Source of the DNA: an uncultured Bacilli bacterium
GTDB lineage: Bacteria; Bacillota_I; Bacilli_A; RF39; UBA660
Length of the DNA: 52,464 nucleotides
Direction of reading: 5' to 3'
Assembly: GCA_947626535.1 (NCBI GenBank)
Contig: CANQSO010000002.1
Coordinates: 1 to 52,464 of the forward strand
How positions within the stretch are numbered: the first letter of the stretch is position 1; every line of letters starts with the position of its first letter. Below are positions 9,631-18,678 of the stretch, piece by piece. The position numbers and the translations under genes are program-made. The notes under the pieces were generated by a model. The model saw only the letters and a program-made list of their open reading frames with translations. It had not been told where the DNA came from and ran no database searches.

Positions 9631-10623
9631 ATGTATAATAATTTAAATGAAGAGCAAAACCTTATATCAAATAATAATTACAATTTAAATCAAAATTTAA
9701 TGTCAAATGATTATAATAATAATGAAGAATTAATTAAAGCCTTTATCGGACCAAACTATGAAAAAATAACTCATAGCCTTTTTAATTTTTCGGGATTTTT
9801 CTTTTCTTTTTTGTATATGTATTATCGTAAAATGTTTTTATATGGCATTCTATTATTTTTATTTAGTACTTTAATTAATTTTTTCAGTAAAAATTTTTTC
9901 CCTGGTATTATTATTAATGCTATTTTAGGATTAGCTTTTAATCAACTTTATTTATATTATGTTAAAAATAAAATCACTAAAATTAAAAATGAAAATCCTA
10001 ATTTAAGTAATGAAGAATTAAAAAATATATGTGCCTCTAAAGGAGGAACTAGTATAGGAAAATTATTCTTAGGTTTTATTTTAGAAATTATATTAGTTAT
10101 AGTAATTTTTATAGTAGCAATTGTATTTGGTCTATCAAATGCTCTAGGAGATATTTTTGGCGATATAATTAATACAGTTAAAAATACTAAAAATGAGATA
10201 TATGATGGTGCGATAATATTTTCGACTAAAGAAAATATTACTGAAGATTTTTCGATAAGTGTTCCAGAAATATTCGAGGACAATTCTAATTCTTATATGT
10301 ATGATTATAAATATGATAACAATACGGGGGTTTTTACAAGTTGTAGATTTCTTTTTGGTAAAATAGATGAATTTAGTGATAGTGAAAATATGATAGAACA
10401 AATGGCAAATTATTATCAAACTAGCCCAAAGCCTAATGAAAAAATCAATAATATTATTTGGCATAATTTTAACTATACCAATGAATTAGGAACATTTTAT
10501 TACTATGCTATGAATAAAAACAATACTACCTATTTATTAGATTATTCAGCTTACAAGGATTCTGGCAGTGATTGTGAATATTATAAAGACATAATATTAT
10601 ATTCAATTGAAAGTCTTAATTAA
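9631..10623 (+). CDS. Membrane protein with DUF2628-like N-terminal module and Asn-rich leader
   Basis: FIGPNYEKITHSLFNFSGFFFSFLYMYYRKMFLYGILLF resembles DUF2628. Two to three TM segments are followed by a soluble C-terminal domain. AGGAAG precedes the ATG. Confidence 0.7.
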   Translation: MYNNLNEEQNLISNNNYNLNQNLMSNDYNNNEELIKAFIGPNYEKITHSLFNFSGFFFSFLYMYYRKMFLYGILLFLFSTLINFFSKNFFPGIIINAILGLAFNQLYLYYVKNKITKIKNENPNLSNEELKNICASKGGTSIGKLFLGFILEIILVIVIFIVAIVFGLSNALGDIFGDIINTVKNTKNEIYDGAIIFSTKENITEDFSISVPEIFEDNSNSYMYDYKYDNNTGVFTSCRFLFGKIDEFSDSENMIEQMANYYQTSPKPNEKINNIIWHNFNYTNELGTFYYYAMNKNNTTYLLDYSAYKDSGSDCEYYKDIILYSIESLN

Positions 10624-10624
10624 A

Positions 10625-11416
10625 CTAGCTTTTTTTAAAAGCTTTTTTTATTATATTTGAAATATCAACATCTACATTTTCATTTATTTTATTAGTTAAA
10701 TTAATTAAATATTCAATATTACCATCTCCACCTCTAATTGGTGATGTTGTTAAATTTTTCATAAAAAAGCCTTTATCATTAAAATAATTTAATAATTCTT
10801 TTATAACATTTAAATGAACTTTACTATCTAAAATAATACCTTTATACTTTGTAGCAATTTCTTTACCACATTCAAATTGCGGTTTTATTAAACAAATCAA
10901 TTCTATTTTAATATTCTCTTTATATATTTTATCTATAATTGCTTTTAAAGAGATAAAAGAAACATCACAAACAATGATATCAATATCTTGAAAATATTTA
11001 CTATCTAATTCTTTAAAATTTGTTTGTTCATGTAAATCAATTAATATATTATTTCTTAAAGATTCATGTAGTAAATTAGTTCCCACATCAATCGCTATAA
11101 TTTTTTTAGCGCCTTGTTTTATAGCACAATCACAAAAACCACCAGTACTAGAACCAATATCCATAACTTTTAAACCATTAAAATCAATCTTAAATTCCTT
11201 AATAGCTTTTTCTAATTTAAGACCACCTCTACTAACATATTTTAATTTATCATTATTTTTTATTTTAATATCATCATTTTCTGAAACTAAAAAACTAGCT
11301 TTATTTACAACTTTATCATTACATAATACTAAATTATCATTAATTAATTCTTGAGCTTTTGTTCTTGAAGGAACTAATTGTCGTAATAATAATTCTTTAT
11401 CTAATCTATTTTTCAT
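10625..11416 (-). CDS. tlyA: TlyA family rRNA 2-prime-O-methyltransferase (hemolysin A-like)
   Basis: S4-like N-terminus (RLDKELLLRQLVPSRTKAQELI), YVSRGGLKLEKA, and the SAM motif VMDIGSSTGGFCDC. Confidence 0.9.
   Translation of the reverse strand: MKNRLDKELLLRQLVPSRTKAQELINDNLVLCNDKVVNKASFLVSENDDIKIKNNDKLKYVSRGGLKLEKAIKEFKIDFNGLKVMDIGSSTGGFCDCAIKQGAKKIIAIDVGTNLLHESLRNNILIDLHEQTNFKELDSKYFQDIDIIVCDVSFISLKAIIDKIYKENIKIELICLIKPQFECGKEIATKYKGIILDSKVHLNVIKELLNYFNDKGFFMKNLTTSPIRGGDGNIEYLINLTNKINENVDVDISNIIKKAFKKS
10627..10649 (+). terminator. Rho-independent terminator for the 9631..10623 gene, embedded in the convergent tlyA 3-prime end
   Basis: AGCTTTT-TTT-AAAAGCT followed by TTTTTT, starting 4 nt after the stop codon. 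Confidence 0.55.
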
Positions 11417-11429
11417 TTTAAATATCCTT

Positions 11430-12434
11430 TCAGTTACGAATTATGTCTTGTAATAATCTAGTTAAACTCATATCTTCATCATCTTCTAAAACTTGCCAAT
11501 TACATTTACCTTTTGAATCAAAAATAGGTATTAATTCAATTTCTCCATCATTATTAACTATTAAAAAGTTTTTTTCAATAATTCCCATACATAATTGATA
11601 GTCATAATTAGCAACTCTTTGCATTAATGAAACATTAGGATTTTTATAATATATTTTATAAAAACGTTTAAAATTACTATTTCTTATGGCTAAAATTACC
11701 GCATAAATATGTTTACAATAAAATTCACATGGACAAGAACAATAAACTTGCATCTTTTTATTTTCATCATTATATTTAATAACAACTAAATAATTATCTG
11801 TACCTTCTACAACTGCAAAAAAACGTTCTTCATCAATTTTTTCTAAAAATTTAACTTTATTTTCTTCATAATAATTTTTACCTCGCTCAATAATTTGCAA
11901 AGCAAAAATCTTATTTATATCATCATTAAATAAATCAAAATTAAATTCTTTTTTATATTCATATCTAGTAACATCATTCATTAATTCTGCATGAAGTTTA
12001 AATAATAATTCTTGATAATTTCTAGGCATATTATTAAAAATCATAATAAATATTCTTGCTAAAAAAGCCCAATTTTTAGGAATATATTTATTAAAAGTAT
12101 AAGTAAGATTATTAGGATAAACTTTTAATATTACTTGATCTTCTTCTAATTTAATATCGTCATTATCACCTTCTTTATTTTTTAAAAAATCGATAATGGA
12201 ATCAATCATATCTTTGGTTAAATATGTATAACTCTCTATTTGCTCTATAGAATAATAACTTAAATCATCTAAATCAAACCAAGATAAACGATAAATTTTT
12301 AATTTTTTAATATAATCTATTCTGATATAAATATTATAACCATCATAATAATATAATTGTAAATCTAAAATTAATTTATTTTTTTGATAATGTTTCTTAA
12401 TCATTTTAATTCTACTTAAAACATCATATTCCAT
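11430..12434 (-). CDS. SWIM zinc-finger domain protein (334 aa), function unknown
   Basis: RGKNYYEENKV...AVVEGTDNYLVVIKY...VYCSCPCEFYCKHIYAVILAI matches the CxC-x(n)-CxH SWIM pattern. AAGGTGAGAG RBS. It lies 40 nt downstream of the kinase-like gene. Confidence 0.75.
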   Translation of the reverse strand: MEYDVLSRIKMIKKHYQKNKLILDLQLYYYDGYNIYIRIDYIKKLKIYRLSWFDLDDLSYYSIEQIESYTYLTKDMIDSIIDFLKNKEGDNDDIKLEEDQVILKVYPNNLTYTFNKYIPKNWAFLARIFIMIFNNMPRNYQELLFKLHAELMNDVTRYEYKKEFNFDLFNDDINKIFALQIIERGKNYYEENKVKFLEKIDEERFFAVVEGTDNYLVVIKYNDENKKMQVYCSCPCEFYCKHIYAVILAIRNSNFKRFYKIYYKNPNVSLMQRVANYDYQLCMGIIEKNFLIVNNDGEIELIPIFDSKGKCNWQVLEDDEDMSLTRLLQDIIRN

Positions 12435-12474
12435 ATCTAACTCTCACCTTCTATATCTTACCACAAAAAAATAC

Positions 12475-13362
12475 CTAACGGCATTTTTCATAAACAATTT
12501 TTCTAGAACGATATATTTGTTCTTCATTCAAACTGTTTAAATAATCAACAGGATTTTCATTATTAGCATTAACTAATAATTTTTCAAAAACATTTATTAA
12601 TTCATGATTAATTTTAATCGATTCTAAATAATTTAAATATTCATAATATTCTTCTAATTTAAAATTATTAACATTACTTCCATATAAATAATTTAAAATC
12701 ATCATTGCATAACAATATAAATCGGTATTTTCATCAGGAAAAACATATCCAGTATGATAATTATTTTTTTCTTCACTTATTATTTGATATTTATTATTTA
12801 CATTATTTAGTAATGATAAAGGTGTTAAATAATGAGAAGCAAAAACCATATTATCGCCTATTTTACTACTATCTAAATCAACAACATTTATTTCTCTTTT
12901 TTTAGGATTAACAATAAAATTACCTTCATGTAAATCATTTATATAAAAATCAGTTAAAGGCGTATAAGTTCTAATATTATGCATTTGTTCTAAGATTTCC
13001 CCAACTTTTTTTAAATAATAGATTTGTTCTTTACAATTTATTTTAGATTTTAAAATAAGTGCTAGATTAACACCTTCAATATAAGGAACTGTAAAACCTT
13101 CAATCGTATCGGCTACAGTTACTAAATTATCAGGAATATAAAAATTTTCAGGTAAATATTCCCTGTTAATGTCAAGCATTTCTAAGGTATATAATTTACT
13201 AGCAAAAATTAAACCTTGTTGATGATATAATTGTTTAAAAACTTTTAAATTATTTCGATAATTAAAATTATAGACTTTACCTTCTGTATTTAATATTTCT
13301 CTAGGTATATCTAATAATTCTAAATCATTAAAAGCTTTTTTAGATAATCTAATTACTTTCAT
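12475..13362 (-). CDS. Protein-kinase-like fold protein (295 aa)
   Basis: Catalytic-loop-like NDLHEGNFIV (Asp143, Asn148) and DFG-like VVDLDS (Asp162/164). Candidate beta3 Lys in NLKVFKQL. A kinase-like DLYCYAMMILNYLYG helix is present. There is no obvious Gly-rich loop. Confidence 0.65.
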   Translation of the reverse strand: MKVIRLSKKAFNDLELLDIPREILNTEGKVYNFNYRNNLKVFKQLYHQQGLIFASKLYTLEMLDINREYLPENFYIPDNLVTVADTIEGFTVPYIEGVNLALILKSKINCKEQIYYLKKVGEILEQMHNIRTYTPLTDFYINDLHEGNFIVNPKKREINVVDLDSSKIGDNMVFASHYLTPLSLLNNVNNKYQIISEEKNNYHTGYVFPDENTDLYCYAMMILNYLYGSNVNNFKLEEYYEYLNYLESIKINHELINVFEKLLVNANNENPVDYLNSLNEEQIYRSRKIVYEKCR

Positions 13363-13431
13363 TTTAATCCCTCATTTCAAATCGGGTCATATGAAGTTTA
13401 AATGACAAAATCCCCCAACTCTTAGGAGGAT

Positions 13432-13460
13432 ATTCTAACAAAAAGCTTACTAGATGTCAA
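13432..13460 (-). promoter_or_regulatory. Sigma-A-type promoter for the kinase-like/SWIM bicistron
   Basis: Minus strand reads TTGACA-17 nt-TAGAAT. It is placed between the stop of the 497-aa gene (13464) and ATG 13362. Confidence 0.55.
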
Positions 13461-13463
13461 ATT

Positions 13464-14957
13464 TTACATATGATAATATTTTAAAGCTTTAGCCATGTCT
13501 TTTAAAGCCATTTCTTTAATGTCATTACCAAAACCAATAGTAGTTTGTTTAAAGAAACTATTATAAATAATATTTCCTTTAAACATTAATAAAGTAGTAT
13601 TAACAATAATAGGAAATTTTCTAGATAAAAGAACATTATCAATATTATCACGTATGCCTTTAACCATATAAATTTTACCATCTTTTAAAAACATCGTATA
13701 TTCTCTTTCAAAACCAACAACAAAAAACATTCCTGTTACTGATTTTTTAAATTCATTTATAATTTCTAATTCTTCTTCATTAAATTTATTAGGATTAATT
13801 TTTATAAATTCATCAATTATCGTATCTTTATGCTCCCATAAATAATCATCTATTGGAAATAAGTCATTAACGTTTAATCCTTCTTGCTTATATATTTTCT
13901 TTAAAGAAGGACAAATGTTTTCTTTTTTATTGATGTAGTCTAATAACCCAAAATATAATTTATAATATAAATCAGCAGCATTTTTATGTATTTTAGCATT
14001 ATTTTGAGGAATAACAGTGAATTTTTGAGATAAAATTTGTTCATTTTCTTTCTCAACTTGATGTTCTCTTGGTGTGAAACCATTCATTACTGCACATGGT
14101 ATATCAAGTAAAGCTTCATGGATAAGCTTTATTTGCTTTTCATTTAATACTTCATTATAAACAAGCTCTTCATCATTAAATAAGCGTGCCAAATCAATAC
14201 TCTTAAAAATTAATAGATGTTTAGGCATCTTATTAATTTCATCATACATTTTTTTAATAGTTGGTTTATTAATTGGAAAGTCATAATAAAATATATCATA
14301 ATAATCTTGCATATTAATTTTTAAGGTTCCTGCTATGCCAAATTCTTTTCTTAGCTCATCAACATCATCTAAAAAATCTTCATATTCACGATAATAAATC
14401 ATTTCAACTTTTGTACCTAAAGTATCCATATATTGGTCATAAAAACCACAATAAAAATGAATTAAAGGATGACTTAAATAATTATTAATTTGTTCTTCAG
14501 ATAATTTAAAAATATCTTTCATACAAGAAATTAAAAGGTTACTAAGCATATTAGCATTTAATTTAACCATTCCAATAACAAAAGTAACAAATTCATCAAT
14601 ATTTTTATTATGAATTTTATATTGTTCTAAAGCATCTTTAACATTTTCAATTTGTTCTTCATATATTTCTGTACCATTTAAAATTAATTTTTTATTTAAT
14701 TCTTTAATTTCCCATTCATATTTTAAATAATCATTAGGTTCCAATTTATGATTTTGTAAATATTTTAAAAATTTTAATTCTCTTTCGGTACAAATATGAA
14801 ATAAATAATGACCAACACTATATTCTTTAATAATTTCTTCAATCATTTGTTTCCTAGTAATATTATCATAATCTTTCTTTTCATAAACTAAAGAATCATA
14901 ATAAACATCATATACTAATCCTTTTTCCTTTTTAACAATTTCTTCTCTTAACTTCAT
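13464..14957 (-). CDS. Hypothetical protein (497 aa), no recognisable domain
   Basis: Long uninterrupted ORF with AGGAG RBS before ATG 14957. I can see no Walker, nuclease or TM motifs. Confidence 0.7.
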   Translation of the reverse strand: MKLREEIVKKEKGLVYDVYYDSLVYEKKDYDNITRKQMIEEIIKEYSVGHYLFHICTERELKFLKYLQNHKLEPNDYLKYEWEIKELNKKLILNGTEIYEEQIENVKDALEQYKIHNKNIDEFVTFVIGMVKLNANMLSNLLISCMKDIFKLSEEQINNYLSHPLIHFYCGFYDQYMDTLGTKVEMIYYREYEDFLDDVDELRKEFGIAGTLKINMQDYYDIFYYDFPINKPTIKKMYDEINKMPKHLLIFKSIDLARLFNDEELVYNEVLNEKQIKLIHEALLDIPCAVMNGFTPREHQVEKENEQILSQKFTVIPQNNAKIHKNAADLYYKLYFGLLDYINKKENICPSLKKIYKQEGLNVNDLFPIDDYLWEHKDTIIDEFIKINPNKFNEEELEIINEFKKSVTGMFFVVGFEREYTMFLKDGKIYMVKGIRDNIDNVLLSRKFPIIVNTTLLMFKGNIIYNSFFKQTTIGFGNDIKEMALKDMAKALKYYHM

Positions 14958-14994
14958 AACTACTCCTTTATTTGCTTAAATTATATCTATCAAT

Positions 14995-15020
14995 CAAAAA
15001 AATAGCAAGCCTATCTTGCT
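14995..15020 (-). terminator. Rho-independent terminator after the 109-aa gene
   Basis: Minus strand reads AGCAAG-ATAGG-CTTGCT followed by ATTTTTTT. It overlaps the stop codon at 15011-15013. Confidence 0.5.
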
Positions 15021-15313
15021 AAATTATTTTCAAAGCCAAAATATTTGGCTTGATACCAACAATTATTCATAATCATTTCAGCTTCAAAATATTGTTCTTT
15101 AACACCTTCGATTTTTAAATCACAAATTATAGCGATATCTTCAAAACTCCATTTCATTCCTGCTGTTATAATACCAGTTGCCATTGCATAAATAATTGTT
15201 TTAGTAAATGACCCTAAAATATTAAATAAATCACTAAAACCATAACGATTAGAAATAATTTTTAAAATACCTTGATTACTTATTGTATTTAGTACTTTAT
15301 CTTCATTAGGCAT
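15011..15313 (-). CDS. Small hypothetical protein with a possible C-terminal HTH (sigma-70 region 4-like)
   Basis: Start ATG 15313 (MPNEDKVL) follows GGGGG. SFEDIAIICDLKIEGVKEQYFEA resembles the S-x-EEIA...G-x-VK HTH pattern, but the match is weak. Confidence 0.5.
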   Translation of the reverse strand: MPNEDKVLNTISNQGILKIISNRYGFSDLFNILGSFTKTIIYAMATGIITAGMKWSFEDIAIICDLKIEGVKEQYFEAEMIMNNCWYQAKYFGFENNLAR

Positions 15314-15378
15314 AATATAACCCCCATTTCTAAATTGCATATTATAATCTTTTTTAAAACATTTGCCAAATTATTATT

Positions 15379-15783
15379 TTATCCTACTCTTGTTCTAGCT
15401 AAATTTTTATAACCTAAACTTTTTAGAGCATCTAAATTATAGAATGCTAATTGCTCTTTTAATGTTAATTTATTTTTATTAATAAAATGATATGGTTCAT
15501 ATTGTTCTAAATAAATATAGTAATCATCTACTTCTTTCGTAACTCTGTATAAAGAATAATATAATAATTTTTCTAATAAACTATTATAATCTAAAAAATC
15601 AACCATTACGTCATCATTTAATAAAACATTTAAAACCTCTTCATAATAACTTAAAAATTCTTTAAAAGATAATTTAATAATTAAATGATTATTGTTTACT
15701 TCATAATTATTTAATAAATATTTAACATTAAAAGCATGCTCTAAAAAATCATAATACATATATTCTTTACGTACTTTATGCAT
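15379..15783 (-). CDS. Hypothetical protein (134 aa)
   Basis: GAGGAGG RBS before ATG 15783, with its own promoter upstream. No recognisable domain. Confidence 0.55.
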   Translation of the reverse strand: MHKVRKEYMYYDFLEHAFNVKYLLNNYEVNNNHLIIKLSFKEFLSYYEEVLNVLLNDDVMVDFLDYNSLLEKLLYYSLYRVTKEVDDYYIYLEQYEPYHFINKNKLTLKEQLAFYNLDALKSLGYKNLARTRVG

Positions 15784-15804
15784 AATTTACCTCCTCAACT
15801 TGCT

Positions 15805-15834
15805 ATTATATGCTTATAATCTCAAAATTGTAAA
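15805..15834 (-). promoter_or_regulatory. Sigma-A-type promoter for the 134-aa/109-aa gene pair
   Basis: Minus strand reads TTTACA-18 nt-TATAAT, between the rplS terminator and ATG 15783. Confidence 0.5.
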
Positions 15835-15861
15835 TGACATATATACAATTATTTTGTCGTT

Positions 15862-15888
15862 AAAAAAAGAAATTAAATTAATTTCTTT
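15862..15888 (-). terminator. Rho-independent terminator of rplS
   Basis: Perfect 9-bp stem AAAGAAATT / AATTTCTTT with a 5-nt loop and a trailing T-run on the minus strand. It overlaps the rplS stop. Confidence 0.6.
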
Positions 15889-16219
15889 CTTTAACCTTAT
15901 ATTCTTTACGCATATGTTTAATGAAGTTAAGTTTTGCTCTTCTAACCATACCCTTTTTAACAACCACTATTTTATCAATAGTAGGAGCATTTACAGGAAA
16001 AATACGAGTTACACCAACACTTCCAGATTTTTTACGCACTGAAATGGTTTCAGAAACAGATCCACCTTTTTTAGCAATTACAATTCCTTCAAAAGCTTGA
16101 ATACGTTCTTTTTTACCTTCTTTTACCCAAACATCAACACGTACAATATCACCTACTCTAATTTCAGGAATATCTTTACGAAGATGTTTTTCATTAATTT
16201 TGTCTACTAAATTAGCCAT
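15878..16219 (-). CDS. rplS: 50S ribosomal protein L19
   Basis: MANLVDKINEKHLRKDIPEIRVGDIVRVDVWVKEGKKERIQAFEGIVIAKKG is an unmistakable L19 sequence. The true start is ATG 16219, not the ORF-track start 16258. Confidence 0.95.
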   Translation of the reverse strand: MANLVDKINEKHLRKDIPEIRVGDIVRVDVWVKEGKKERIQAFEGIVIAKKGGSVSETISVRKKSGSVGVTRIFPVNAPTIDKIVVVKKGMVRRAKLNFIKHMRKEYKVKERN

Positions 16220-16335
16220 TTTAAACATCCTTTCTAACTTTTTATTACATGTTATCATAGTACTATTCCAGCGGATAACACATCACTTTTTTCAAAAAGC
16301 ACATTGATTGTACCATAAATTAACCTTTAAAACAA
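16220..16335 (-). promoter_or_regulatory. rplS promoter (extended -10) plus structured 5-prime UTR, a possible L19-leader-type element
   Basis: Minus strand reads TTGTTT (16335-16330)-17 nt-TGgTACAAT (16315-16307). The UTR of about 85 nt contains the hairpin TGTTATC-17 nt-GATAACA (16270-16240). Confidence 0.45.
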
Positions 16336-16382
16336 GAGCCATAATTAATTTTATGTATTATAAACAAGAAATTTACAATGAA

Positions 16383-16823
16383 TTATCTACTCTTACCTTT
16401 TTCTTCTTCATTTATAAAATTATTTTGATAATTTAGATTAACATAATAGCTTTTTATTTGTTCTTCTAAGAATTCTAATTTTTTTAACATTTTTTTTACT
16501 TCTAATTTAGATAAATGATGAAGATATTGGTCTAATAATATTTCTTTAGTCTTTAATATTTCATTTAAAGCCATTATGGCATCACCTTCACTAGAAGAAC
16601 CATCCATAACTTCTAAACTTATTTTAGTTAATCTTTTAAATACTCGGTCAAATTTTTTCTTACAGATTGTTTCTTTAATATCTTTATCTATAACTTTTAT
16701 TTCTTCAATATCTAACATATTTTTATGTTTTTGAAGTTTAGGTTTCATAATAAATGGTTCTTCCATTTTTAAAACACTAGTAATTTTTTTCTTTTTTTCA
16801 TCTTTATGAATAGTATAACTCAT
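16383..16823 (-). CDS. Hypothetical coiled-coil protein (146 aa) inserted between trmD and rplS
   Basis: The ATG lies 4 nt after the trmD TGA stop. The protein is Lys/Glu rich with no recognisable domain. Confidence 0.55.
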   Translation of the reverse strand: MSYTIHKDEKKKKITSVLKMEEPFIMKPKLQKHKNMLDIEEIKVIDKDIKETICKKKFDRVFKRLTKISLEVMDGSSSEGDAIMALNEILKTKEILLDQYLHHLSKLEVKKMLKKLEFLEEQIKSYYVNLNYQNNFINEEEKGKSR

Positions 16824-16827
16824 AAAA

Positions 16828-17496
16828 TCACTTCTTTTCTAATAAATCATTTCTTTTCTTTTTAGTATTTTTAAGAGCTTCTTCTTCTCGCCATTTTTTA
16901 ATATTTTCATGATGACCACTAAGTAAGACATCAGGAACTTTTAAATTTCTAAAGATTGGTGGTTTTGTATACGTTGGATAATCAAGTAAATTATTCATAA
17001 ACGAATCATTTAAGTAAGATTCTTTCTTAATCACATCTGGTAATAATCTTACTATGGAATCTGTAATAACCATAGCTGGTAATTCTCCACCAGTTAAAAC
17101 ATAATCACCTATTGAAATTTCTTCATCAACAAAATTTCTTATTCTCTCATCAAATCCTTCATAATGTCCACAAATTAAAATTAAATGTTTTTCATTTTTT
17201 AATTCTAAAGCTTTTTGCTCACTAAAAGTTTGACCTTGAGGACTTAAAAGAACTACTTTAGAATCATTTGTCTTAACACTATCTAAAGCATCAATAATTG
17301 GTTCACATCTTAAAACCATTCCTCTCCCGCCCCCATAAGGAGTATCATCTACTTGATGATTAGAAAGTTTAGAAAAATCACGAAAATTAATTAAATTAAT
17401 CTTTACCGCATTTATATTTATTGCTCTTTTAATTATTGATTCTTCTAAAAAACCATTAAACATATTTGGAAATAAAGTTAAAATATCGATTTTCAT
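16828..17496 (-). CDS. trmD: tRNA (guanine37-N1)-methyltransferase
   Basis: MKIDILTLFPNMF...DDTPYGGGRGMVL...LICGHYEGFDERI...IGDYVLTGGELPAMV motifs. ATGA overlap with the rimM stop. Confidence 0.95.
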   Translation of the reverse strand: MKIDILTLFPNMFNGFLEESIIKRAININAVKINLINFRDFSKLSNHQVDDTPYGGGRGMVLRCEPIIDALDSVKTNDSKVVLLSPQGQTFSEQKALELKNEKHLILICGHYEGFDERIRNFVDEEISIGDYVLTGGELPAMVITDSIVRLLPDVIKKESYLNDSFMNNLLDYPTYTKPPIFRNLKVPDVLLSGHHENIKKWREEEALKNTKKKRNDLLEKK

Positions 17497-17966
17497 AATC
17501 TTAACTCCTTTGCATGATTAACAATTATTTTTTTATTTTTAACGTCAACTTCTTTAATATAAGATGGAACAAAGGGAATGTAAAAATTTTTATCTATTTC
17601 TAAAAGATAACCAGCTTTAGTAATTAAAATATTTTTAACAATTCCTAATTCTTCATCTTCAATTATTTTAAAACCAATTAAATCTTCCATTAAATAACTA
17701 TCTAAATTTAAATTTTCTCTTTTAATATAAATTTCTTTTTTAACATATTCTAATACATCATTAATATTAAGTAAAGAATCAATTGTAATTAAGATTTTAT
17801 TTTGATGATATCTAACACTTGTTATCGTATGTTCAATATTATCAATCATAATTTTATTATTTACCTTAAAAGCTATTTCTTTTTTTTCAAAATCACTTAA
17901 AACTTTTAATTCTCCTTTAATACCATGAGTACCACAAATATAACCTACATATAATTTATCCTTCAT
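17493..17966 (-). CDS. rimM: 16S rRNA processing protein RimM
   Basis: VGYICGTHGIKGELKV N-terminus and a PRC-barrel-like C-terminus, in the conserved position upstream of trmD. Confidence 0.88.
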   Translation of the reverse strand: MKDKLYVGYICGTHGIKGELKVLSDFEKKEIAFKVNNKIMIDNIEHTITSVRYHQNKILITIDSLLNINDVLEYVKKEIYIKRENLNLDSYLMEDLIGFKIIEDEELGIVKNILITKAGYLLEIDKNFYIPFVPSYIKEVDVKNKKIIVNHAKELRL

Positions 17967-18678
17967 AATCCACCTTATTTACTTCATACATTATAATACT
18001 TGCACTTACTCCGGCATTTAATGATTCACAATTTTTATTCATCGGAATATAAATTAAATCCTTACAAAAGCGTTTTAAATCTTCACTCATTCCTTTTCCT
18101 TCATTACCAATAATTATTCCCACTTGCTTATTAAATTTTAGATCATTTAATTTTTTACCATTTATAACACTTGTCCCATAAATTGTTAGAAAAGAATGGT
18201 TATTTATAAAATCGATTAAATCACTATAAATAATATTTACGTGAAAAATCATTCCTTCACTACTTCTAATAACTTTAGGATTATAAACATCGACACTATG
18301 CAAAGATAAAACGATATTTTTAAAACCAAAAGCAACAGCACTTCTTATAATCGTTCCTAAATTTCCTGGATCACTTATATTATCTAATAATAAAGCTCTT
18401 TCTTTTACTTCTTCACCCTTTAATTTATTACAAACGGCACAGACATTGGGTGGGGTTACTTGATTAGTTATTTTTTTCATTACTTCATAACTTACAATGG
18501 TGGCATCTTGATATTTAGTATTTTCTAAACTAATTAATTCTTTTACAACACCTTTTTTTAAAGCCTCATCTACTAAATGTTCATTTTCTACTAAAAAAGT
18601 ATTTGTTTCATCACGATACTTTTTATCTTTTAGTTTTGTCCATTCTTTTACTTTGGAATTTGCTAATGATGTAATCAT
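17956..18678 (-). CDS. TrmH/SpoU family RNA 2-prime-O-methyltransferase
   Basis: DNISDPGNLGTIIRSAVAFG, IIGNEGKGMS and ESLNAGVSASIIMYE are the SpoU motifs 1-3. Confidence 0.85.
   Translation of the reverse strand: MITSLANSKVKEWTKLKDKKYRDETNTFLVENEHLVDEALKKGVVKELISLENTKYQDATIVSYEVMKKITNQVTPPNVCAVCNKLKGEEVKERALLLDNISDPGNLGTIIRSAVAFGFKNIVLSLHSVDVYNPKVIRSSEGMIFHVNIIYSDLIDFINNHSFLTIYGTSVINGKKLNDLKFNKQVGIIIGNEGKGMSEDLKRFCKDLIYIPMNKNCESLNAGVSASIIMYEVNKVDYEG

Noticed and set aside
16828-16830. Possibility that this AT-rich genome uses genetic code 4 (TGA = Trp)
   Set aside because: TGA terminates trmD (16828-16830), the M48 gene (18675-18677) and murT (41314-41316) at positions consistent with full-length proteins. 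Long conserved ORFs (rpoC, ppdK, topA) contain no in-frame TGA. Standard code 11 fits.
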